Source of the DNA: a virus | Direction: 5' to 3' (one strand) | DNA: 64,000 bases | IMG/VR virus record: IMGVR_UViG_3300028794_000198 | Coordinates: 26,049 to 90,048 of that record | Part shown: piece by piece, positions 54,061 to 62,791 of the stretch | Numbering within the stretch: position 1 is the stretch's first letter | Layout of the letters: every line of letters starts with the position of its first letter | Made by a program: the position numbers and the translations under genes | Notes under the pieces: model-generated | Seen by the model: the letters and a program-made list of their open reading frames with translations, nothing else | Told to the model about the DNA's origin: nothing | The model's database searches: none

Positions 54061-54882
54061 CTACTGGGTGGGCGGTTGTGCGGTCTCGGGCCAGCCGCCG
54101 ACGGGCTCAAGCTCGGCCTCGACCGGGACGTCTTCCACGTCGGGGTCCGCAGCTTCGAGGACCCCGGCTGTGGAGCCGGCGGGCAGCGGCATGTCGGTGC
54201 GCTCGATGACGGCGCTGCGCTTCTCTGCGGAGGTGGGCACCCACTTGCCGAGGCGGCGGGCTGCGGTCTTCAGCCACATCGACTCTTCGTCGGTGCGCCA
54301 CGGCGAGTACTCACTGTCGGCGCCGTCGGACTTGGCCTTAGCCCGGTTGATGTGGGTGCGGCTGAGGACGACGACCTTGGAGGTCGCGCCGCCCTGCATG
54401 ACGGCGTAGGCGTACACGCCGACGAGATCGCCGCGCTCCCCGAACCAGTCGACGGTGTGAACGGGCCGTTCGTGGAGGCCGGGCACGTAGTTGAACTGGT
54501 CGCCCGCTCGGACGACTTCGACGACGACGGACGATGAGGCGCCCGCGTTGTAGATGAGTTCGACGATGCCCTGGTAGCCGACGATGCCCTGCACTTCGAG
54601 CTGGCCCTTGCGCTTGATGGGGCGCAGGTAGAACTGCTCGGTGCCGGGTTCGAGGCCGAGGCGGGCGGCGGTCATGAGGGCGCTCATGAGGCTGCCCGGG
54701 TTGGCCTGGGCGGCCTGGGCGAGCTTCGGGTTCTGGCGGAGGACGCCGACGGCGAGGCGGGCGAACGTGTCGACCCTGACGTGGCTGGCGGCGACGAGGG
54801 CGAGTTCGGGCTTGTACTGCTCAATGACGGAGGCGGGGCCTTCGTCGCGCTTCTCGATGGCGTTGCCGATGGGGCTGTTCAT
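54061..54882 (-). CDS. recT: RecT-family recombinase
   Basis: AARLGLEP...YL.P...GYQG..EL...SPW....M..KT..RRL.KW.P.S.E. Confidence 0.95.
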   Translation of the reverse strand: MNSPIGNAIEKRDEGPASVIEQYKPELALVAASHVRVDTFARLAVGVLRQNPKLAQAAQANPGSLMSALMTAARLGLEPGTEQFYLRPIKRKGQLEVQGIVGYQGIVELIYNAGASSSVVVEVVRAGDQFNYVPGLHERPVHTVDWFGERGDLVGVYAYAVMQGGATSKVVVLSRTHINRAKAKSDGADSEYSPWRTDEESMWLKTAARRLGKWVPTSAEKRSAVIERTDMPLPAGSTAGVLEAADPDVEDVPVEAELEPVGGWPETAQPPTQ

Positions 54883-55823
54883 GCTGCTTCCTTCTGCTGG
54901 TACGGGCTGAGGGACTTGGTGGTGCCGTCCGCTTTGGGGATGCGGTAGGCGATGCGGCGTTTGCCGACGACGGCCCGCTTGCCGGTGCCGATGTGGTCGA
55001 GGACGACGCCCTTCGCGGCGGCGAGTTCGACGGCGGCGGCCTTAGATGCGGCCTGCGCGTTTTGGTAGCGGTCCGCGTCGACGACAGGGATTTCGACGTC
55101 GACGTCTTCGAAGCCGTCGGGCTGAACCCGGATCGTCTGGTAGGTGTCGTCGGCGCCGTCGATCGGCGGCCGAACACCGTCACGGACTTCGTCGAGGAAC
55201 TTGACGGCGGCGTCGCGGAGGATCTGCGCTTCGGCCTCGTCGTAGTCGACGGTGTATTCGCGGTAGTCGTGGCCGGAGATGAGGACCGCGAACTGGGTGC
55301 GGCGCAGGCCGAGCGTGTCCATCTGCCAGATGACCTGGCAGCGGTACCAGAGCGGCACCCCGTCATCGGCGCCGGACGGGCCCCAGTCGTCTCCGAACGG
55401 GGACGTCTTCACCTCCAGCAGTTCCTCGGCCTGGTCCGACACCTCGAACTCGCCTGCGGGCTGCGGGTAGATGAGCCGGTCGGGGGTGGCGCGCTGCCAT
55501 TCCCGCTCCCGGTTGAACCAGGTGCCAGCCGGGGCGGCGAGTCGGCCCGGGTGCTCGTCCTCCCACTTCTGCGCGACCGGGTCTTCGAGCCGGCTCCCCC
55601 ACTCGATCCCCGACGTCATCTCGAACGGGGCGACGGCCAGGCCCGACTTCTTGTGCCACAGCGTGAAGCGCGACATCCACGGCGACAGGCCGACCACAGC
55701 GGCGATCTCGGTGGCGGTGATGGTGAGTCCGGCGCGGGCCGCATCCCACGCCTCTGTGCCGGGCGTGAGGTGCCCGATGAGGACGCCGTCAGGGGCGGGA
55801 TAGGGGTGTTGTGTGGTGCTCAC
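54879..55823 (-). CDS. YqaJ-like viral recombinase exonuclease
   Basis: W...R..ITATEIAAVVGLSPW, ATPDR, LEVKT, Y.CQV.WQM. Confidence 0.93.
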   Translation of the reverse strand: MSTTQHPYPAPDGVLIGHLTPGTEAWDAARAGLTITATEIAAVVGLSPWMSRFTLWHKKSGLAVAPFEMTSGIEWGSRLEDPVAQKWEDEHPGRLAAPAGTWFNREREWQRATPDRLIYPQPAGEFEVSDQAEELLEVKTSPFGDDWGPSGADDGVPLWYRCQVIWQMDTLGLRRTQFAVLISGHDYREYTVDYDEAEAQILRDAAVKFLDEVRDGVRPPIDGADDTYQTIRVQPDGFEDVDVEIPVVDADRYQNAQAASKAAAVELAAAKGVVLDHIGTGKRAVVGKRRIAYRIPKADGTTKSLSPYQQKEAA

Positions 55824-55993
55824 TTCTGGTGCTCCTGTTCGCTTCTGAGCTGCGTGTTCGGCGTGAAATGGGTGTCGAATGCCGGGCCTCGCCGCCCGCG
55901 ACCGGGGGGTGGTTGGGGCGGCGAGGCCTCGGCTGGCGTCCGGAGCGGCTTGGGGGAAGCGCGCTCAACGGGCGCCGTCTGTGGGGTTGTTGG

Positions 55994-57190
55994 TCAGGCG
56001 GTGGCGTCAGCCGTGGCGGTCTCGGCGGGCTGCGGCTTGATGGCCTTCCACTCGCTGGCTTCGGCGTCGAACGTGACGTGCGGGTTGTCGTCGACGCGGA
56101 AGCCGATCCCGGCGTCCTTCGCGTCGTTCAGCGCGAGCGCCAACCGGACCGCCCACTTGCGGGGCTCCTCGGCGTACTGCTTGGCGAGGCGGGCTTCGTA
56201 GTCGTCGTTCCACTGCTTGGGGTTGAAGCCGGACTGTTCGGCCATGTCGTAGGCCCACTCGCCGAGTTCGCCGGAGTCGAGCTGTTCGGCGGTGTCCTCG
56301 ACGACGGCGCGGGCGGCGCGCGGGTCGACCTGGTGGAGGGCGTCGAGGTAGCGGTAGGCCATCCAGTCGGAGACGCCGGAGCGGATGTGCGCGAACCAGG
56401 CGTCCTGGTCGTCGTCGAAGGACGTGTTGTAGACGTTCGACGTCGAGTCGAGGACCCCCTTGAGCAGGTTGGCGGCGGTCTCGTCGATGCTGCGGGTGGC
56501 CCACAAGCGGGACGGCTCCGGGAGCGGCAGGCTGGCCATGTCGACGTCGGCGGCCCCGGCGGCCAACGTCCACAGCCACAGGCTGTGTGCGGAGTCGAAG
56601 GTCTGCTCCTTGGTCGGGCCGATGCTGCCGCCACCGGACGGCATCTGTGCGCCGATGAAGTCCTCGCCGAAGAACAGGACGGCCTTCCGGTCGGCGGTGA
56701 TGCGGGTGCGGAGGCTCTGCTCGGCGGCCGACCACTTGCGGAAGAGGTCGGAGTTGAGGGCCGGGAACGGTTCGCCGTCGACGGTCTGGGCGGCGATGGT
56801 GCGGAGCAGGCCGCGCCAGTCGGGGAACTCCAGGCTGAGGCTGACGGCGACGTTGAGGTCGGAGAGCGGGCCATCGAAGACCAGCCGGGCTTCCTCGGTG
56901 GCGCTGATGGTGATGTAGCTGGCGCCCTTCATCGCACCGACCCACTCGCGGAGGGCGGGCACGATGTCGCCGGGGATGGTGGCCGCCCACGGCTCCTGGT
57001 TCTGGTCGCCGCTGTCGAGGCGGAAGCGGGCGGCGGCGATCGTGAACCGATCCGTGGCGACGGCGTACAGGTACTGGCTGTCGACGTCGAGGCGGATGCC
57101 GTACAGGGGCTCGAAGCCGTCGTGGCCCATGTGGGCGGCCGTCTTGTCGAGGAGGAGCTTCAGCTGATGGGCGTTGATCGTGACGGACAC
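55994..57190 (-). CDS. DNA polymerase III beta-clamp-like protein with C-terminal extension
   Basis: L.GIRL...AVATDRF, FPDWRGL, F.G.QMP. Confidence 0.7.
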   Translation of the reverse strand: MSVTINAHQLKLLLDKTAAHMGHDGFEPLYGIRLDVDSQYLYAVATDRFTIAAARFRLDSGDQNQEPWAATIPGDIVPALREWVGAMKGASYITISATEEARLVFDGPLSDLNVAVSLSLEFPDWRGLLRTIAAQTVDGEPFPALNSDLFRKWSAAEQSLRTRITADRKAVLFFGEDFIGAQMPSGGGSIGPTKEQTFDSAHSLWLWTLAAGAADVDMASLPLPEPSRLWATRSIDETAANLLKGVLDSTSNVYNTSFDDDQDAWFAHIRSGVSDWMAYRYLDALHQVDPRAARAVVEDTAEQLDSGELGEWAYDMAEQSGFNPKQWNDDYEARLAKQYAEEPRKWAVRLALALNDAKDAGIGFRVDDNPHVTFDAEASEWKAIKPQPAETATADATA

Positions 57191-57295
57191 GTCTTCTCCT
57201 GAGAGAGTGGTGGTGGACTCCCGCCGACTTCGCCTCGGCGGGGTTCTTGCGTTGGGCGCCGGCTGGCCGGGAGGGTGCACCGGCCAGCCGGACGT

Positions 57296-57817
57296 TCAGT
57301 GGGTGGTGGCCGGGTCCGGCTCGACGACGGGCACGGGCGCGGTGTCGTCTTCGCTCCGCGCCCAAGCTGGCGGCACACGCCCGGGGTCGGTGACGGCGGC
57401 GGTCGGCCCGACACCGAGGGCGTCCCACAGCGTCTGCACGTAGATCGGCCCGGTCGCCTGGTCCTCGACGGCGCTGGTGTCGCGCACCATCGGCGGCACG
57501 GTGACCCGGTTGGCGTTGTCTTCTGCGGCGATCTGGGCGCCGAAGCGGGCCCGCAGGGCGAGGGCCTCATCCCGCCATCCGTCGCGGTCGGCGGCGAGGT
57601 CTTCGAGGTCGGCCTGCTGCTGGATGACCAGTTCCTCGGCCGCGCCCTGCTTGGCCTTCGTCTCGGCGAGTTCCTGGCGGAGGATCATGAACGCGTCGTC
57701 TGACCCGGCGACGATGGTGAGCAGGCGCCGGTTCTCGTCGCGGAGTTCGGCCACCTTGTCGACGGCCCGGCGGCTGCCGTTGCCGCGAAGTGCGGGAATC
57801 AGGTCGGTGAGGGTCAC
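57296..57817 (-). CDS. Coiled-coil protein
   Basis: Heptad pattern; coupled. Confidence 0.65.
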   Translation of the reverse strand: MTLTDLIPALRGNGSRRAVDKVAELRDENRRLLTIVAGSDDAFMILRQELAETKAKQGAAEELVIQQQADLEDLAADRDGWRDEALALRARFGAQIAAEDNANRVTVPPMVRDTSAVEDQATGPIYVQTLWDALGVGPTAAVTDPGRVPPAWARSEDDTAPVPVVEPDPATTH

Positions 57818-58032
57818 TGCTGCTCCAGTCCGGTGCGGTCGATGTATCCGGCGGCCTCGCTGTCGGCGAAGTCCCGGGCGGTGGCTTCGGCGCGGCTGAG
57901 TTCGGTGGCCGCGGCGAGGACCGCTTCCAGCTCGCGGATATGGGCGTCTAGGCCGCGGATCGCATGCCGGGCCATCGCGTTGACGAAGCCGGCGGTCGGC
58001 GACCGGTACGGGGATTCGGCGGGGGCGGTCAC
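57814..58032 (-). CDS. Hypothetical protein
   Basis: GTGA overlap. Confidence 0.55.
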   Translation of the reverse strand: MTAPAESPYRSPTAGFVNAMARHAIRGLDAHIRELEAVLAAATELSRAEATARDFADSEAAGYIDRTGLEQQ

Positions 58033-58141
58033 TGCTCCCCCTCGTCGAGTTCGGCGGCGGCGCGCTGTGCGGCGTTGATGCGGGCGTCGCGGGCTGCTGC
58101 CCACAGCAGGAGCGCGGCGGCGGCGAGGCCTACGGCGATGC

Positions 58142-58462
58142 TCACGACGTCACCGCCTTGCCTGCGGCCCCGTGCAGCGCGGCCAGCACCTCGGCCTGCG
58201 TGCGCCCGGCCTTCCGCTCCCAGTCGCCGGCCCACTCGCATTCGAGGTGCAGGCAGAGCAGGTCCCAGGCGGCGAGCGTGACCGCCTCCGCCTTCACCCC
58301 GCCCTTGCCGGGCGTGTAGCCGACCGCCCGGTCGATGGCACCCATGAGCGGGTTGCGGAGCGGATGCCACTTCTCCCGGGAGAGGAGGTTGGCGGCGGCG
58401 ATCAGCGCGGTGGCTGCGCGGGTGACGTCGGTGGCGCGCGGGCGGGTCTTCAGGGCGGTCAT
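58142..58462 (-). CDS. Hypothetical protein (DUF6197-like)
   Basis: W....GRTQAEVLAAL. Confidence 0.6.
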   Translation of the reverse strand: MTALKTRPRATDVTRAATALIAAANLLSREKWHPLRNPLMGAIDRAVGYTPGKGGVKAEAVTLAAWDLLCLHLECEWAGDWERKAGRTQAEVLAALHGAAGKAVTS

Positions 58463-58632
58463 CACGCCACCACCTGCGGGTCGCAGCGGACGGCGTGGAG
58501 CCGCAGGTCGTATTCGCGGGTCTGGCCGGTCGTCCACGTCAGTTCGTCGGGTCCGAACTCGCGGTGGGCTTCCGTCCACACGCGGGCGAGGGCCTCCTCA
58601 ACGGCGCCGTCGTACTGGGTTGTGGTCGCCAT
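58462..58632 (-). CDS. Small hypothetical protein (not in ORF track)
   Basis: MATTTQYDG...; fills the operon gap. Confidence 0.5.
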   Translation of the reverse strand: MATTTQYDGAVEEALARVWTEAHREFGPDELTWTTGQTREYDLRLHAVRCDPQVVA

Positions 58633-58633
58633 G

Positions 58634-58984
58634 TCAGGCCACCTGCTTCTCGGCGACGGGCCCGGTCAGGTATTCCTCGGCGATGCGCAGCGACTGCCCG
58701 GTCCAGCCGACGATCCGGTCCGCCGCCTCGGGCATGCCCTCCAGTCGCAGTCGGCCGGCGAGGTCGCCGACGAACTCGCGCAGCAGCGGGTCGACCGCCA
58801 CCTTCGGCTTCGGTGTGGCCTTCTCCGCCTCCAGCGAGTCGAGGAGGGCCTGCAGGACGGTCGTCAGCCAGCCGTAGGCGAACACCATGTCCAGCGGGTT
58901 GTGCGCGTCCTGCTCCAAGGCCAGAACCAGGTACTTGCGGGCTGTGGCCTCGGAGTGGCGCAGCGGGGCGATGTGCTTGGTCAC
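58634..58984 (-). CDS. Hypothetical protein
   Basis: Coupled ORF. Confidence 0.6.
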   Translation of the reverse strand: MTKHIAPLRHSEATARKYLVLALEQDAHNPLDMVFAYGWLTTVLQALLDSLEAEKATPKPKVAVDPLLREFVGDLAGRLRLEGMPEAADRIVGWTGQSLRIAEEYLTGPVAEKQVA

Positions 58985-59178
58985 GAGATCTCCTGAGGCG
59001 GGCAGGTGCAGTTCTCGGGGTGGGTGCAGGCGAGCAGGTCGAAGACCTGCTCGTACCAGGCGTCCGGCTGCGGGGCGCCGGTGTGACCGGCTGGCGGGGC
59101 GGCCAGGAGCTGGTTCAGGGCGACACCGGACTCGACGACCGGCAGCGACACGTCCAGGCGGTGGATGGGGACGGTCAT
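58981..59178 (-). CDS. Small hypothetical protein
   Basis: ATGA overlap. Confidence 0.5.
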   Translation of the reverse strand: MTVPIHRLDVSLPVVESGVALNQLLAAPPAGHTGAPQPDAWYEQVFDLLACTHPENCTCPPQEIS

Positions 59179-59558
59179 GACGTCGCCGCCGTCCGCTGCT
59201 CGCCGGGGTGGGTCTGGTTGCGGACGGGCTTCCACGGCGCCTTGCCGGAGCCGGGGCACGGCTCGGACCAGTTCTTGCCGTTCCACCGGTGCAGGCCCAT
59301 GACGCCGTCCTTCATGGCCCGGTCCTTCATGCAGTGCTTGCACCAGCCGCGCGGCCGGACCGGCTCGGCGACGGCCGGGTAGACGATGCGGTAGCAGGGG
59401 TGGCCGATGGTGCGGCGCTTCTCGCCGTCGATGCGGAAGCGGAGATAGCCACCCCCGGCGCCGATGATCGTGGCGGGCTGGCCGTCGAACTCGATGCGCA
59501 TGCCGTGCCGGGCCGGGACGTCGTAGGTTCGGCGGATCCACTCCATCGTGCTGGTCAT
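59175..59558 (-). CDS. Hypothetical phage protein
   Basis: MEWIRRTYDVPA..G.R...HP; CKHC...H...CPGS. Confidence 0.7.
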   Translation of the reverse strand: MTSTMEWIRRTYDVPARHGMRIEFDGQPATIIGAGGGYLRFRIDGEKRRTIGHPCYRIVYPAVAEPVRPRGWCKHCMKDRAMKDGVMGLHRWNGKNWSEPCPGSGKAPWKPVRNQTHPGEQRTAATS

Positions 59559-59986
59559 GCCGTCACCGCCTTGGCGTGCTCGCAGGGCCAGGGGTTGCCG
59601 CACGCGCACCAGTGGCATCCGTCCAGCGGGTCCGGCGTCTTGTCGAAGTGCTGCGGCGCGGGGGCCTCCGGCGCAGGCCAAGCGACGGGCAGACCCAACT
59701 GTTCGGCGAGCTGCCGCCGGGATTCGGCGTGGCCCTGCCAGCGGTCGTAGTCGTGGCCGTTGTCCGGGTGGCAGTTACGGATCGCGGTGATGTATCCGGC
59801 GCGGTCGGCCACGAACTCCTCGACGATCGCCACCTGCTCGCGGAGGCGTGCAGCCTCCTCGGCCTCCTCGACGAGCAGGAGCATCGACTCCTTCGCCCGG
59901 CTGCTGTAGAAGGCGATGGAGGACTCGAACTTGAGCAAGTCCTTGATCTCGGCGATGCGCTCCGGCGTCATCTGGGTGTCGCTCAT
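59555..59986 (-). CDS. Hypothetical protein
   Basis: ATGA overlap. Confidence 0.6.
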   Translation of the reverse strand: MSDTQMTPERIAEIKDLLKFESSIAFYSSRAKESMLLLVEEAEEAARLREQVAIVEEFVADRAGYITAIRNCHPDNGHDYDRWQGHAESRRQLAEQLGLPVAWPAPEAPAPQHFDKTPDPLDGCHWCACGNPWPCEHAKAVTA

Positions 59987-60222
59987 GCCGCACCACCGAG
60001 CGTGATGCCGAGGCGGCGGGCGAACTCCACGAACGGCGGGTGGTCTTCGGCGCGGGCGGCGAGAGTGCCGGCCTCGATCAGGCTGGCCACGTGAATCACG
60101 TCGATCTCGACGTGCGAGACACCCGCCTCGTCCGTATAGGGGATGGTGTTGATGCCGAGCTCGGCACACAGGTGCTTGATCACGGCGGTGGTGTCGTCCG
60201 ACGCGGGGGTCTGGTCGCTCAT
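59983..60222 (-). CDS. Hypothetical protein
   Basis: ATGA overlap with the RAMP gene stop. Confidence 0.6.
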   Translation of the reverse strand: MSDQTPASDDTTAVIKHLCAELGINTIPYTDEAGVSHVEIDVIHVASLIEAGTLAARAEDHPPFVEFARRLGITLGGAA

Positions 60223-60890
60223 GCGGTGGCCTCCCACTTGATGACCTCGTACCTGCCGAAGCCCTGCGAGCGGGAAGCGCCGACGCCCTGCTGTTCGCCG
60301 GTGAGCCAGAGCATGGCCCACTCTTCGTCGGTGAACGCGTAGTCGGAGATGACCGTGAAGTCGAACTCGGCGGTCTCGATGAACTCCGTGTACTGGATGC
60401 CGGTTTGGCCGGTGCGCGGGTTCTTCGGGAAGGACTGGAGGACGCCGGTGGGCTCGGTGACGCCGAGGTGGAGCTTGTCCTCGACGACCATGATGTGTTC
60501 GGCGACGAAGCCTTGGACGCCCTTGTTGGTGGAGCCCCAGCGGGACTTCAGCTTGTCGACGGAGCGGGCGACGGACGCGGCTTCCTTGATCGCGGCCTTC
60601 AACTGGCGGCCTTCGATGTACAAGCCGTCCTCGTCGCGACGGAAGCCGTTGAGGTGCTTGTTGGTGTCGACGAGCTTCGCGGCCTCGTCGGCGGTGACGC
60701 CTCGGTCGACCATGGTCTGGGCGACCATCTCGCGGATCAGGTCGTCCTTGTCGGCGAGTTTGGTTCGCAGCCAGCCCTCGGCGACCTTCGGGTCAGTCGG
60801 CGTGCCGCCTGCGATGTTCTTCACGCGGATGGTGCCGTGGAAGCGGTGGGGCCACGCCTTGTCGGTGAAGCTGGCGAAGATGCTGGTCAT
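60219..60890 (-). CDS. Stand-alone Cas7-group RAMP-like protein
   Basis: LYIEGRQLKAAIKEAA (cf. RAMP P.IPGSSLKG..R helix), putative thumb hairpin, C-terminal Gly-rich loop GVGASRSQGFGRYEV; AAAGGA RBS. Confidence 0.8.
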   Translation of the reverse strand: MTSIFASFTDKAWPHRFHGTIRVKNIAGGTPTDPKVAEGWLRTKLADKDDLIREMVAQTMVDRGVTADEAAKLVDTNKHLNGFRRDEDGLYIEGRQLKAAIKEAASVARSVDKLKSRWGSTNKGVQGFVAEHIMVVEDKLHLGVTEPTGVLQSFPKNPRTGQTGIQYTEFIETAEFDFTVISDYAFTDEEWAMLWLTGEQQGVGASRSQGFGRYEVIKWEATA

Positions 60891-60919
60891 GTGGTGAGTT
60901 CCTTTCGGTGACCTGGGCG

Positions 60920-61642
60920 GTCGTGTGGGCTGCGGCGGAGTGGGCTGAGTTGGAATGGGTAGTCGGCTAGGCCTGGCCTGCGGAGGGTTGGCAAGTCGTC
61001 ATGGGACGGTGGGCGCCGAGGCGAGACGGGAAGAGCAGTCGTTGCGGGCGGGCTCGGGTCGAGGCGGATCGAGATGGCATGTCGGTTGGAGCGAGTCGTG
61101 ATGTGTGGCGAGGTGGCGAGCCGGACCGGGTAGTCGGTCGGAGCTGGGCCGGGGTGGCTGGTCCAGGCCGGGGCGGGGGTGTCGGAGGGCTTGGCTCGGA
61201 CTGTGCGGCGACGAGCCGGATTGGGAAGTCGGCACGGGATGGGGTGGGTGGCCGGGCCTCGTGTCGGGCAGTCGGTACGGCGTGGTGAGGGTGGGCTTGG
61301 CACGTCGACGCGAGTCAGAGCGGGCTGGTTGGTGAAGCGACGGATAGTCGGCATGGGTAGCGCTGAACTGCGCGGGGCAGGAGGGGGCAGAAAAGTCGGC
61401 TGGGTGGGGCGGCAGCGGGAAGCCCTGCGTAGGGGCGCGTAGTCGACGAGGGGCGGGAAGTAACGGCCCGGGTTGATCCGTCGGCATGGGGTGTGGAGGC
61501 TGGCGCGGTGGCGAAAAGAAAAGTCGGCAAGAGTTGGGATGAGGTGCGGTCGCGTGGCGTCGGGAAGTCGTTCCGAGTGGGGTGGAAACGCCTGGGCGTG
61601 AATAGTCGAGGAGGTGTGAGGCGCGGTGTGTCGGCCGGTGCT
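60920..61642 (-). repeat. Pentamer-phased array of 17 units, putative guide-RNA array
   Basis: Plus strand [GTC (GNNNN)6-10] x17; 134 of 135 blocks start with G; transcribed strand assumed from the operon. Confidence 0.9.
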
Positions 61643-61647
61643 CTTCG

Positions 61648-62208
61648 TCATGCCGCTGCTCGCGGCATCGCTCGCGGTCCCTGCTGGGTGACGGAGCGGT
61701 ACATCTCCAGGTACTGCGCCTCTGTGAAGACCTCGCCGACCAACTGGCCGCCGATCTTCTTGCCGACCGCCCGGTGGAACGCCGCCTCCAACTTCGAGAT
61801 CCGCGCCGCGTCCTCGTACTTCGAGGCGACGAACCGGCAGTCGTCGGCGGTCATGTTCGCCACCGTCCGACGGGTGTTGTCCTCGTCGACCACGTACTCG
61901 GCGGCGAAGGGGTGCAACGCCGTGACGTCACCACCGGCGAAACTGCGGGCCGCCTCGGCGAACGCCCTGCGCGGGGCGCCGATCCGGGCCGCCTGCCGCT
62001 TGCTGTTCGACCTGCGGGCCACGACGTCCGCGAGGATCACCGCCGCCTTCAAGTCCAGCCACCCGGCCAGCAGTTCCGGGTCCTGCGCCCTCAGGTGCTC
62101 CACGAGGTCGGCGGCAACCATCGACGCCACGTAGTCACCTGCGGGAATCGCACCCTCGACCGCCTCGGCCATCTCGGTGATGAAGTCGCGGTCTGTCACA
62201 CTGGACAC
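61648..62208 (-). CDS. Hypothetical protein directly upstream of the array
   Basis: AGGAGG RBS, GTG at 62208; helical. Confidence 0.75.
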   Translation of the reverse strand: MSSVTDRDFITEMAEAVEGAIPAGDYVASMVAADLVEHLRAQDPELLAGWLDLKAAVILADVVARRSNSKRQAARIGAPRRAFAEAARSFAGGDVTALHPFAAEYVVDEDNTRRTVANMTADDCRFVASKYEDAARISKLEAAFHRAVGKKIGGQLVGEVFTEAQYLEMYRSVTQQGPRAMPRAAA

Positions 62209-62288
62209 GCGGCCCCTCCTTTCTTGTGGTGAGTTCAGGTGGGTCGCTTCGGCCGGTCGCCTCTGGTGGCCGGCCTTCTCCTTGCCGG

Positions 62289-62552
62289 TCATGCGGCGGC
62301 GCGGGCCGGCTTGTTGAACGGCTGGACCGTGAACTGCTCCGTGATCGCCCGGATGTTGAGCCCGGAGAACCAGATCTTGTTGCCGTTGTTCACGTGGGGG
62401 ATTTCGCGGGCGAACGCCTTCAGGGCGAGCTGGCGAGCGCTGAAGGGGAGCCAGAGCGCAGCCTCAGTGGGCTGGTAGTGGAAGAGCTCGCCCTCGGGAC
62501 TGCTGGGTGCGGGAAGGTTCTCCCGGACCGGGGGAAGCTTGCGGGGGGCCAC
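62289..62552 (-). CDS. Excisionase-like HTH protein
   Basis: Y.PTEAA.WL..S...L.....REIPH...GNKIWF. Confidence 0.7.
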   Translation of the reverse strand: MAPRKLPPVRENLPAPSSPEGELFHYQPTEAALWLPFSARQLALKAFAREIPHVNNGNKIWFSGLNIRAITEQFTVQPFNKPARAAA

Positions 62553-62554
62553 GG

Positions 62555-62755
62555 TTACTCCTGGTGGGTGATGTCGTTGGGGGTGACACCCAGTGCGTCC
62601 GCGACTTTCTCGATGTTCTTGTCGCTCAGGCCGACGAGTCCGCGTTCGACTCGGGAGAGGTGCGACTTGTGGATCCCCGTCTTGACGGAGAGCGTGGGCA
62701 GGCTCATTTTTAGAGCCCTCCTTCTGAAGCGGATAGCGCTGGAGTGCGGTCTCAC
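62555..62755 (-). CDS. Cro-like XRE HTH regulator
   Basis: MSL..LS.KTGIHKSHLSRVERG...VADALGV. Confidence 0.9.
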   Translation of the reverse strand: MRPHSSAIRFRRRALKMSLPTLSVKTGIHKSHLSRVERGLVGLSDKNIEKVADALGVTPNDITHQE

Positions 62756-62762
62756 GCCTCAA

Positions 62763-62791
62763 AAGCTAGCCCCTGTGAGTGCTTTGGGCAA
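62763..62791 (-). promoter_or_regulatory. Early (cro) promoter
   Basis: TTGCCC-17-TAGCTT, 7 nt before GTG; GAGTGCYTTG repeated at 62777 and 62799. Confidence 0.6.

Noticed and set aside
60920-61642. Canonical CRISPR array
   Set aside because: No 23-47-bp identical direct repeats; only a ~4-6-bp anchor and 5-nt phasing; no cas1/cas2
60887-61651. 254-aa ORF as a real folded protein
   Set aside because: Low-complexity Pro/Arg/Thr sequence whose periodicity is 5, not 3; kept only as a possible coupling frame
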